Shown in pieces: positions 19,213 through 27,709 of a DNA stretch of 61,486 nucleotides. Source of the stretch: Kofleriaceae bacterium (lineage in GTDB: Bacteria; Myxococcota_A; Polyangia; Haliangiales; Haliangiaceae); assembly GCA_046597055.1 (NCBI GenBank), contig JBKJLC010000057.1, positions 1-61,486 on the forward strand, given 5' to 3'. The notes under the pieces are model-generated. The model was not told the DNA's origin. It made no database searches and saw nothing but the letters and a program-made list of their open reading frames with translations. The translations under genes were made by a program, and so were the position numbers. Each line of letters opens with the position of its first letter. The stretch's first letter is position 1.

Positions 19213-20556
19213 ATGCGCGCTCGCACCATGTCTCTGATCTGCTCGTTGATGGTGACGGCCACCGTGTCGGCGGTCCACGCCGAGGATCGCGCGGCGGTCT
19301 TCACCCGGCGCGGCACCAACCTGCGCGCCCGTCCCGGCGAGACCGCGCCGGTGGTGGCCCGCGCCGACTCCGGCGAGGAGCTCACCGTGGTCGGTAGCCG
19401 CGGCCGCTGGCTGCGGGTCCGCCGCGGCAAGCGGGTCGGGTGGGTGACGCGCAGCCAGGTCGAGGACCGCGGGGCGACCGCGCCGCGCCAGCGGGCCCAG
19501 CGCACCGGCTTCTCGGGCAGGCCCCTCGAGGACGCGCTGCGGGTCGCGGTCACGATCGACCGGGTCCGCGGCTTCGACGACCCGACCACCAAGGCGAACC
19601 TGGTGCTCGACCTCGAGCGCGGCGACACCGTCACCGTGCTCGGCCGCGGGCACGACGGCTGGCTGCTGGTCGAGGCCAGCGCCGGTGGCGTCGGCTGGAT
19701 TCCAGCGACCGCCGTGACCGACGGCGGCCGGTTTGCCGGCGACCCGCGGCGAGCCCCGGGCGCCCCACCCGCGACGGCCCGTGACCTGACGGTGGTGGTC
19801 ACCGACGACGACACGGTCGCCCCGACCAACGCCGGCCCCGCGCCACGCGCGGCGACCTCGCGGCGGCGGGTGGTCGGGACCCTGGTCGCGACCGCGGGTG
19901 CGCAGACCTTCGCGATGCGCCAGGTCGGCGCCGGCGGGGAGGCGCTGGCGACCGCGCGCGGAGCGGCGGCGGCGTTTGCCGCGAGCGCCGGCGTGCGCCT
20001 CGCCAGCAACCTCTGGGTGGGCGCCTCGGCCGACGGCGAGCTCGGCACCGGCGCGCTCGTCTACACGACCCCGGGCGAGGCGTCGCCCCCGATGACGACC
20101 CGGGCGACCAGCCTCGATGGCCGGGCCCAGCTCGGCTGGGGCCGGCGCTGGCAGGTGGTGGCCCGCGGTGGCTACCACTTCGGCGCGCTCACCATCGCGT
20201 CCGACCGGGCCGAGCCCATGCTGGTCGGCGAACAGGTCGCCGGGCTCACCGTCGGGCTGGGCGGCGCCGTGCCGCTCGGCCGCCGGGCCGCGCTGACCAC
20301 CGCGATCGACGTCATGCCGGCCGGCGCCCAGCGGCCATCCGAGCTGCTGCCCGGCATCCTCTACGCGAACGGGATGCGCGCGGCCTGGTTGCACACGACC
20401 GTGTCGCTGCGGCTACCGGCCCGCATGGTGGCCGCCGTGAGCTACCGCGGCACCCTCGCCACCGTCGATCTGACCGACGGCGCCGCCGCGCCGACCACCG
20501 CCACCCGCACCGACCAGGCACACAGCGTCACCGCCGGCCTCGGGCTGGCGTGGTGA
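19213..20556 (+). CDS. SH3b-domain outer-membrane beta-barrel protein
   Basis: AGGAGG RBS; signal peptide; two SH3b domains (NLRARPG...WLRV...GWV; GDTVTV...WLLV...GWIP); amphipathic strands ending GLGLAW. Confidence 0.78.
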   Translation: MRARTMSLICSLMVTATVSAVHAEDRAAVFTRRGTNLRARPGETAPVVARADSGEELTVVGSRGRWLRVRRGKRVGWVTRSQVEDRGATAPRQRAQRTGFSGRPLEDALRVAVTIDRVRGFDDPTTKANLVLDLERGDTVTVLGRGHDGWLLVEASAGGVGWIPATAVTDGGRFAGDPRRAPGAPPATARDLTVVVTDDDTVAPTNAGPAPRAATSRRRVVGTLVATAGAQTFAMRQVGAGGEALATARGAAAAFAASAGVRLASNLWVGASADGELGTGALVYTTPGEASPPMTTRATSLDGRAQLGWGRRWQVVARGGYHFGALTIASDRAEPMLVGEQVAGLTVGLGGAVPLGRRAALTTAIDVMPAGAQRPSELLPGILYANGMRAAWLHTTVSLRLPARMVAAVSYRGTLATVDLTDGAAAPTTATRTDQAHSVTAGLGLAW

Positions 20557-20573
20557 TGGGAAGGAGTGACCCC

Positions 20574-20789
20574 ATGGCCTTCAAGGACGTCAAGCAAGAG
20601 CTCATCGATCAGTTCGAGCATCGCTACCTGTGTCACCTGCTCGAGCGTCACGGATGCAACCTGACTGCCGCCGAGCGCTCATCCGGCCTCTCCCGCCATC
20701 ACCTGCGCGCGCTGATGCGCAAGCACGGCCTGTACGAGGCGGTCGTGAGGACGCGGATGGCCTCCCTGTTGCAGAAGGAGCTGTCATGA
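20574..20789 (+). CDS. Stand-alone Fis-type HTH protein (71 aa)
   Basis: AAGGAG RBS; FKDVKQELIDQFEHRYLCHLLERHGCNLTAAERSSGLSRHHLRALMRKHGL resembles the EBP C-terminal HTH; ATGA overlap with pntA. Confidence 0.75.
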   Translation: MAFKDVKQELIDQFEHRYLCHLLERHGCNLTAAERSSGLSRHHLRALMRKHGLYEAVVRTRMASLLQKELS

Positions 20790-21931
20790 GGATCGCAATC
20801 CCCCGAGAGACCCTGCCGCGCGAGGCCCGCGTGGCGATCACCCCGGACACCGTGGCCCGCCTGATCGCCAAGAATTTCGAGGTCTCGGTTCAGCGCGGCG
20901 CCGGCCTGGGCGCGCAGATCAGCGATCCCGAGTACGAGGCGGCCGGCGCCCGACTGGAGCCTGACGCCCCGGTGCTGTGGCGTGCGGGCGAGGTCATCGT
21001 GAAAGTGCGGCCGCCGACTGACGACGAGATTGGCCTGCTGAGCTCCGGTCAGACGCTGATCAGCCTGCTCTACCCGCTCGCCGACGGCGAGAAGGTGCGC
21101 GACCTGGCCGCGCGCGGGGCGACCGTGCTCGCGGCCGACATGGTGCCGCGGTCGACCCTCGCGCAGATGATGGACGTGCTGAGCTCGCAGGCGACGATCG
21201 CCGGCTACCGCGCCGCGCTGCTCGCCGCCACCGCGCTGCCCAAGCTGTTCCCGATGTTGATGACGGCGGCCGGCACCATCACGCCGGCGCGCGTGCTGGT
21301 GCTCGGCGCCGGCGTCGCCGGTCTGCAGGCGATCGCGACCAGCCGCCGGCTCGGCGCGGTGGTCGAGGCCTTCGACGTGCGCAAGGCGGCCAAGGAGCAG
21401 GTCGAGAGCCTGGGCGCCCGCTTCATCGAGGTGCCGTCAGACGAGGACGCCGCGACCGCCGGCGGCTACGCCCGCGAGGTGTCCGAGGAATACAAGGCTG
21501 CGCAGGCGGCGCTGCTGCTGCAGGCGCTCGGCCGCTGCGACGCGGTGATCACCACCGCGCTCATCCCGGGCCGGCGCGCCCCGGTCCTGATCACCGCCGA
21601 GATGGTCCGGGTGATGAAGCGGGGCGCGGTGATCGTCGACATGGCCGCCGAGCAAGGCGGCAACTGCGCGCTGACCCGACCCGGCCAGCGCAAGATCACT
21701 GACGGCGGCGTGCTCATCGTCGGCGAGCTCGACCTGGCCAGCCAGGTCGCGGTCCACGCCAGCCAGATGTACGCGCGCAACATGGAGAAGCTGCTGCTGC
21801 ATCTCTATCGCGGGCCCACCGGTGGGCTCGACGTCGCCGACGAGATCGTGAAGGGCATGTTGATCATCCGCGAGGGCGCGGTCGTGCACGGCGGGGTCAC
21901 CGCCGCCGCGCAGAAGGAGCTGGCCGCGTGA
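20786..21931 (+). CDS. pntA: NAD(P) transhydrogenase alpha subunit part 1 (dI)
   Basis: MRIAIPRE...EARVAITP, DVLSSQATIAGYRA, GAGVAGLQAIAT, GGYA, TTALIPG, DMAAEQGGNC. Confidence 0.96.
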   Translation: MRIAIPRETLPREARVAITPDTVARLIAKNFEVSVQRGAGLGAQISDPEYEAAGARLEPDAPVLWRAGEVIVKVRPPTDDEIGLLSSGQTLISLLYPLADGEKVRDLAARGATVLAADMVPRSTLAQMMDVLSSQATIAGYRAALLAATALPKLFPMLMTAAGTITPARVLVLGAGVAGLQAIATSRRLGAVVEAFDVRKAAKEQVESLGARFIEVPSDEDAATAGGYAREVSEEYKAAQAALLLQALGRCDAVITTALIPGRRAPVLITAEMVRVMKRGAVIVDMAAEQGGNCALTRPGQRKITDGGVLIVGELDLASQVAVHASQMYARNMEKLLLHLYRGPTGGLDVADEIVKGMLIIREGAVVHGGVTAAAQKELAA

Positions 21932-22233
21932 GCACCACCCTCGTCATGGGCCTGTACGTCTTCGTCCTCGGCGCGTTCGTCGGCTGGCAGGTGCTGTCGA
22001 AGGTGCCCCACCTCCTCCACACGCCGCTGATGAGCGCGACCAACGCCATCTCCGGCATCTCGCTGGTCGGCTCGCTGGTCGCGGCCGGCAGCAACCACGA
22101 CGCCCTCACCACCCTGCTCGGCTCGATCGCGGTCACCGCGGCCACGATCAACGTCGTCGGTGGCTTCCTCATCACCGACCGGATGCTGCGCATGTTCAAG
22201 AAGAAGCCCGCCCGCGCCGGAGTCGTCCGATGA
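21928..22233 (+). CDS. pntA: NAD(P) transhydrogenase alpha subunit part 2
   Basis: LHTPLMSATNAISG, INVVGGFLITDRMLRMF. Confidence 0.95.
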   Translation: MSTTLVMGLYVFVLGAFVGWQVLSKVPHLLHTPLMSATNAISGISLVGSLVAAGSNHDALTTLLGSIAVTAATINVVGGFLITDRMLRMFKKKPARAGVVR

Positions 22234-23636
22234 CCACCACCGACCTCGTCCAGCTGCTCTACCTCGGGGCCTCGGTCCTGTTCATCCTCGGCCTGCAGCA
22301 GCTGGGCGCCGCCGACACCGCCCGCCGCGGCGTGCGCTTCGCCGAGCTCGGCATGGCGCTCGCGGTGATCGGCACGCTGCTGCACCACGAGATCGTCAGC
22401 TACCAGTGGATCGTCATCAGCATCGTGATCGGCTCGGCGATCGGCACCGCGATGGGCCTGTACATCCCGATGGTGAAGATGCCCGAGCGCATCGCGCTGT
22501 CGCACGCGTTCGGCGGGCTCGCGGTCGCCCTGGTCGGCGTGTCCGAGTACCTGCGCCACGGCAGCCAGGCGACGGTCCTGACCATCGCGGCGATCGGCCT
22601 CGAGGTCTTCCTCGGCGCGCTGACCTTCACCGGCAGCCTGATGGCGTTCGGCAAGCTGCAGGGCTCGATCACCGGCAAGCCGGTGACCTACCCGGGCCAG
22701 AACCTCACCAACTTGATGGCGGTCGCGGTCGCGGTCGCCGGCATCGGCTACCTCGTCGCCAACCCGTCGGCGGCCACCGTCTTCTACGTCGTGCTCGGCC
22801 TGGGTGTCGTGCTCGGCGTGCTGCTGGTGCTGCCGATCGGCGGGGCCGACATGCCGGTCGTGATCTGCCTGCTCAACGCCTACGCCGGTCTGGCCGCGGC
22901 GGCGACCGGTTTCGCGCTCGGGAACAACGTCCTCATCATCTGCGGCGCGCTCGACGGCGGCTCGGGCGTGATCCTCGGCCTCATGATGAGCAAGGCGATG
23001 AACCGCTCGTTCCGCAACGTCGTGTTTGGCGCGGTCGGCAAGGCGCCGGCGGCCGCGGCCGGCGCCGCCGGGGTCGCCACCCCGACCAGCGCGGCCAACG
23101 TCGGCTCGGTCGACGACGCGGTCGCGGTGCTGACCAGCGCCCGCTCGGTGATCATCGTCCCCGGCTACGGGATGGCGGTGTCGCAGGCCCAGCACATCGT
23201 GCGCGACCTCGCCAGCGCGCTCGCCGCCCAGGGCGTGACCGTGCGCTACGCGATCCACCCGGTCGCCGGCCGCATGCCCGGCCACATGAACGTGCTGCTC
23301 GCCGAGGCCAACGTGCCCTACGAGCAGCTGTTCGATCTCGACACGATCAACGACGACTTCGGCTCCACCGACGTCGCGATCGTGGTCGGCGCCAACGACG
23401 TGGTGAACCCGGCGGCGCGGACCCAGCCGTCGAGCCCGATCTACGGCATGCCGGTGCTCGCGGTCGACCAGGCGAAGACGGCGATCTGCTTCAAGCGGTC
23501 GTTCAACCCGGGCTTCGCCGGCATCGAGAACGAGCTGTTCACGCGGCCGAGCACGATGATGATCCTCGGCGACGCGCGCCAGAGCCTGCAGGCGCTGGTG
23601 CAGGCGGTGAAGGGCGAGCTGCGGCTGGCGGCGTGA
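22230..23636 (+). CDS. pntB: NAD(P) transhydrogenase beta subunit
   Basis: IGGADMPVVI, MSKAMNRS, PGYGMAV, IHPVAGRMPGHMNVLLAEA, GANDVVNP. Confidence 0.97.
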   Translation: MTTTDLVQLLYLGASVLFILGLQQLGAADTARRGVRFAELGMALAVIGTLLHHEIVSYQWIVISIVIGSAIGTAMGLYIPMVKMPERIALSHAFGGLAVALVGVSEYLRHGSQATVLTIAAIGLEVFLGALTFTGSLMAFGKLQGSITGKPVTYPGQNLTNLMAVAVAVAGIGYLVANPSAATVFYVVLGLGVVLGVLLVLPIGGADMPVVICLLNAYAGLAAAATGFALGNNVLIICGALDGGSGVILGLMMSKAMNRSFRNVVFGAVGKAPAAAAGAAGVATPTSAANVGSVDDAVAVLTSARSVIIVPGYGMAVSQAQHIVRDLASALAAQGVTVRYAIHPVAGRMPGHMNVLLAEANVPYEQLFDLDTINDDFGSTDVAIVVGANDVVNPAARTQPSSPIYGMPVLAVDQAKTAICFKRSFNPGFAGIENELFTRPSTMMILGDARQSLQALVQAVKGELRLAA

Positions 23637-23653
23637 GCCGCGGCCACGCCCGG

Positions 23654-24118
23654 TCAGCGCGTGGTCGGCGGACCGTCGGGATGCTTGCGGGCCAGGTGCA
23701 GGTTGGCCGCGTTGAGCGCGGCGTCGAAGCGCCCGAAGATGCGCTTGGCGCCGGCGACCAGCCCGGGCCGCCCATGGCGGGTGACGAACGCGGCCTCGAC
23801 CACCTGGCCGGTCAAGAGCCACTGCGCAAGCTCGTCGATCACGGTCTCGCGGGTCCACGGGCGGCGCTTGCCATCGGGCACCGACGACGGCGCCGGTGCG
23901 GCCGCGACCGGCGCCGGGTCGGCCACCACCGGCAGCGGCAGCTGGGCACGCGACGCTGGCGGCCGGGTCCGGGGCGGCGGCGGCGCCGCGGCGCGGCGGC
24001 GCGCCAGCTCGGCGGTGAGAACGCTGCGAACGACGGCGTACGCGAGGTGGCGAAGCTCTTGCTCGAACCGATCCACCTCTTCATCGAGTCGAAGCGGCGG
24101 TTGATCGCGGCGAACCAT
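23654..24118 (-). CDS. Putative DNA-binding protein with a C-terminal homing-endonuclease-associated-repeat-like unit
   Basis: N-terminal helix, Pro/Ala linker, WTRETVIDEL...FGRFDAALNAANL. Confidence 0.55.
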   Translation of the reverse strand: MVRRDQPPLRLDEEVDRFEQELRHLAYAVVRSVLTAELARRRAAAPPPPRTRPPASRAQLPLPVVADPAPVAAAPAPSSVPDGKRRPWTRETVIDELAQWLLTGQVVEAAFVTRHGRPGLVAGAKRIFGRFDAALNAANLHLARKHPDGPPTTR

Positions 24119-24178
24119 CGACCGCAGCTTGCCTGACGTCACACCGATCGCAAGCATGGAGCACCGGCGAAACGCATG

Positions 24179-24571
24179 TCAGGCGGCGTTGTGGCGACGG
24201 GGCGTGACCGGGGTTGTGCCGCCGGCGCCACCCGCGCCTCCGGCGCCCGCCCCGGCCCCGGTGATCCGACGATAGCCCTGGACCCACATGTTCTGCGCGT
24301 CGCTCGGGGCCGAGTGGATCTCGACCCCGACCACGAACCGGGTGCCCTCGATCCGGACCGAGCGGGTGACCAGGACCAGCGAGACATTGACGCCATCGAG
24401 CGCGATCTCGACGTCGATCAGATAGTTGACCTCGGGCGCTTCGCTCGCGACCAGGGAGGCACCGTGCACGTTCAGCTCACGGATCCGCACCGGCACGCGA
24501 CGAGGCCCGCGCTTCCAGACGGCCTCCAGATCAGTGGTCGCGCGCTGGGTTCGTCGCCTGTCGCGGTGCAT
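24179..24571 (-). CDS. PilZ domain protein
   Basis: RRTQR (RxxxR), ELNVHG (degenerate D/NxSxxG), FVVGVEI; start set by the adjacent promoter. Confidence 0.72.
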   Translation of the reverse strand: MHRDRRRTQRATTDLEAVWKRGPRRVPVRIRELNVHGASLVASEAPEVNYLIDVEIALDGVNVSLVLVTRSVRIEGTRFVVGVEIHSAPSDAQNMWVQGYRRITGAGAGAGGAGGAGGTTPVTPRRHNAA

Positions 24572-24585
24572 CAGGGGGGTAGGGC

Positions 24586-24601
24586 TGCAACCCCCGTACC
24601 G
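24586..24601 (-). promoter_or_regulatory. sigma54 -24/-12 promoter (PilZ gene)
   Basis: Minus strand CGGTACGGGGGTTGCA. Confidence 0.72.
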
Positions 24602-24792
24602 TCGCACGCAACGCAGGCGGGAGAGTTCGAGCGCCGCGAGCGTCGCCACCGCGCGCACCGGGCGCCTCCGCACGTCAACCAGGCGAAGCGGAAATGACGC
24701 AAGGGGTGTTCGGCCCTGGCGATCGGGCTGCCCGGCGACGGTACGACCGGCCCGGGAGCTCGATCAGTCGAGCTCGACGATGGGGCGATCGG

Positions 24793-26712
24793 TCAGTTGG
24801 CCGCGAGGACGATCACGCGGTCGGCCGCGGTCAGCCGCAGCGCGCGGTGCTTGGCCGGGTTGACCGCGACGCCGAACGAAGCGGCCGGGTCGTGGGCGGA
24901 CGCGGCCCGGCGGATCCCGAGCGCGATCTCGCCCCGCCGCAGCGCAGCCTCGACCACCGTGTGGTACGGCACCTCGGCGTCGAGCTGCACGTAGTCGCCC
25001 GCCGGCTTGAGGTAGATCTCGTGCCCGCCCGCGGTGAACAGCGCGTGGAACACCCGGGTGAGGTGCCGGTTCTCGGCGACCTGAGAGATGAGCAGCGAGA
25101 CCAGCGTGTTGCTGACGATGAAGTCGTCGGCTGCGGCGACCGCCGCCAGATCGCGGTTCTGGATGTCGAGGATCTCGCTGGTGATCGGCACGCTGACGCC
25201 GGCGCGACGCTGGATGTCGCGCAGGTGGAGCAGCGTGATCATCGTGCGCGCGTCGGCCATGTCCTGACCCCGTCCGACCAGCTCGGACAGCACCAGCACC
25301 GCCTGGTAGCTGCCGACGTCGAGGCTGTCGAGCAGCGCCCGATCGGTCGGATCGCCCACGCGCAGGCTGACCGTCGAGTTGGCGGTCACGCCGGCCAGCG
25401 CGCCGAGCCCGGCCAGCACCGCGCCGTCACCGACGACCAGCGTCTCGCTGCCCGCGCTGACGTAGGCGTCGAGTTCGGCCAGGACCAGCGCGAGGCGCGG
25501 GCTGGCGCCGAGGATGAGCGTGCGCTCGCGGTGCCGGACCGGGGTCGCCGGCGCCGCGACGATCGCGGCCTCGCTGGCCGGGGCCGGGCGGCCGTTGAGC
25601 ACGACCGTGTCGTCGTCGAGGCTGATCGCGATCACCTGATCACCGGCGACGAACCGGCGCTCGAACGGGGGCGGCAGCAGCAGCTCGCCCCCGGCGGCAA
25701 CCACGCCGAGCAGCGACGAGTCGTCGTACGCGAACACCCCCTCGCGGAAGGTCTTGCCGGTCAGCGCCGGCTCCGCCTTGACGTACATCTCCATGCCGCC
25801 GAAATCGAGCAGCTCGGTGTAGACCACCGACAATCCCGACTGCCGGCCGGTCTGGACCAGCAGCCGGCTGATCAACGGCGGCGCCACGATCAGCGCGGCG
25901 CGCTCGCCGACCACCATGCGGGCGACCGTCTCGCTCTTCTCGTCGGACAGCTCGGCGACGATGTGGACCGGCGCGTCGACCATGACCTTGGTCACCGCCA
26001 GGAGCACCTTCAGCACCACCGTATCGGCCTCGTGCGGCGCCATCGGCGCGCCGTCGGCGTGGACCTCGGGCGCGAGCACGACCACCGCCTTCGAGGTCTC
26101 GAGGCTGACCAGCGCGAGATCGGCCATGGAGGTCGGGCTGCCGGTGCGGGTCACCGCGCGCAGCCGCTTGCCGGCGAGCGCGGCGGTGACCTCGTCGTCC
26201 ATCGCGACCTTGTCGCGCGGCGCCAGGATCACCACGCAGGCGTCGCGCTGGTTGGCGCCGGCGGCGGCGAGCTCCGACAGCAGCGTGTCGATCTTCGGGC
26301 TCCAGCCGAGGATCACGGTGTGGCCACGCTCGATCACGACGCTGCGGCCGCGCCGCAGGCTCTCGATCAACGCCCCGAACCCGTTGTTGAGGATGCCGAT
26401 CAGCGCCGACAGCACGAACAGGCCGCCGATCGTCACGAACAGCATGATGAAGAGGAAGGTCCAGCTGCCGGGATCGCCTCCGACCGCGCCGGCGTCGAGC
26501 GCGTGCATGAGCGCCTTCCACAGCAGCCGCCCGAACGAGTCGCGCCGGCCGGCCTCGTCCGCGGGCACCACCCCGAACCCCACGAGCGCGACCGCGGTGA
26601 TCGCGATCAGCGCGAGCGTCGCGGCCGCGAGCAGCAGGATCTGCGCACCGGTGCCCCGCGCCATCAGGTTGTCGAACCGGTACCGCAGCCGCTGGCGAAG
26701 GCCGTGTGACAT
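24793..26712 (-). CDS. CASTOR/POLLUX-like cation channel with tandem RCK domains
   Basis: RLRYRFDNLMARG, LRRGRSVVIERGHTVILGWS, RQSGLSVVYTELLDFGGMEMY, DDFIVSN, GHEIYLKP. Confidence 0.88.
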   Translation of the reverse strand: MSHGLRQRLRYRFDNLMARGTGAQILLLAAATLALIAITAVALVGFGVVPADEAGRRDSFGRLLWKALMHALDAGAVGGDPGSWTFLFIMLFVTIGGLFVLSALIGILNNGFGALIESLRRGRSVVIERGHTVILGWSPKIDTLLSELAAAGANQRDACVVILAPRDKVAMDDEVTAALAGKRLRAVTRTGSPTSMADLALVSLETSKAVVVLAPEVHADGAPMAPHEADTVVLKVLLAVTKVMVDAPVHIVAELSDEKSETVARMVVGERAALIVAPPLISRLLVQTGRQSGLSVVYTELLDFGGMEMYVKAEPALTGKTFREGVFAYDDSSLLGVVAAGGELLLPPPFERRFVAGDQVIAISLDDDTVVLNGRPAPASEAAIVAAPATPVRHRERTLILGASPRLALVLAELDAYVSAGSETLVVGDGAVLAGLGALAGVTANSTVSLRVGDPTDRALLDSLDVGSYQAVLVLSELVGRGQDMADARTMITLLHLRDIQRRAGVSVPITSEILDIQNRDLAAVAAADDFIVSNTLVSLLISQVAENRHLTRVFHALFTAGGHEIYLKPAGDYVQLDAEVPYHTVVEAALRRGEIALGIRRAASAHDPAASFGVAVNPAKHRALRLTAADRVIVLAAN

Positions 26713-26761
26713 CGAGCAGAACACTATCAGGCGCGACCGCGAGATCTCGGGAGCGGGCACG

Positions 26762-26926
26762 GTCGCCAACCGGACCCGCGAGATCGAGGTCGTGATCGGC
26801 TTCCACGCCACGCCCGGCATCCTCATCGGCTCCATCGTCCGGTCGGGCGTGATGGGCCTGATCGGCGGCCGGCTGCCCGCGATCCGGGCGGCTCGCAGCT
26901 CGCCGGTCGAGGCGATGCGCGGCTGA
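26762..26926 (+). pseudogene. Relic C-terminus of a MacB/FtsX-type ABC permease
   Basis: VANRTREI joined to EVVIGFHATPGIL...GLIGGRLPAIRAARSSPVEAMRG*. Confidence 0.7.
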
Positions 26927-26956
26927 GCGCGCCCCTGAAGGTCCCGCGGCCGCGCC

Positions 26957-27604
26957 TCAGCGCGGATCGATATCGCCCGAGCCGGACACCCGGCGGGCGA
27001 TCTTGGCCGGGTTACCGCGGTAGCGGATCCGGCCGCTGCCGCTGACGCTGGCGTCGAGGGCCTCGGTGACCGTGAGCTCGATGTCGCCCGAGCCGGAGAC
27101 CGAGGCGCGGGCCTGGGCCGCGGTGAGGCCGGCGGCTTCGATCGCGCCCGAGCCGGTGACCCGGGCGACCAGGCGCTCGGTCCGGCCGGCCGCGTCGATC
27201 TCGCCAGAGCCCGACACGAGCAGGTCGAGGTTGGCCCCGGCGGTGCCGCGCACGGTGCTGTCGCCCGACCCGCTCGAGGCCAGGGCGGTGAGCCGCGGGG
27301 TGGTGACCCGGACCACCAGCGGCTGCTGGCTGGAGTAGGACTCGCGGGTGTCGATCACCAGCCGGTCGCCGCGCACCGCGGTGCGAACCAGCGGCACGAC
27401 ATTGGCGTCGCCGGTGACGACCACGCTGGTCGCCGGGCCGACCGTGACCTCGAGGGCCATCGAGCCGGCCAGCGAGATCTCCGAAAACGACGCGACCTTG
27501 CGGGCCTCGCGGCCAGGCTGGCCGGAGCCGCGGACATCGGCGTCGGCCAGGGTGCACGAGGCGACAGCGACCAGGACCGAGACGGCGAGCAACGAGCGAG
27601 TCAT
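26957..27604 (-). CDS. DUF2807 (GIN) domain protein
   Basis: VRGSG, repeated SGSGxI beta-helix motifs, YRGNP. Confidence 0.9.
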   Translation of the reverse strand: MTRSLLAVSVLVAVASCTLADADVRGSGQPGREARKVASFSEISLAGSMALEVTVGPATSVVVTGDANVVPLVRTAVRGDRLVIDTRESYSSQQPLVVRVTTPRLTALASSGSGDSTVRGTAGANLDLLVSGSGEIDAAGRTERLVARVTGSGAIEAAGLTAAQARASVSGSGDIELTVTEALDASVSGSGRIRYRGNPAKIARRVSGSGDIDPR

Positions 27605-27709
27605 GGCTTGAAGGAGCCATGACTCGGGCGGCCGGTGGACCCGCGCCGGCCGCCTGGGTCAGATTTGCCGCTGGCTACCGGAATTTCCGGGGCCGCGCGC
27701 CCCGGGTCA

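Noticed and set aside
14140..20556. Mtr/Pcc-type porin-cytochrome conduit, or true hydrazine synthase
   Set aside because: The barrel is far too short for an MtrB-like sheath; no HzsA-like subunit or other anammox genes are present
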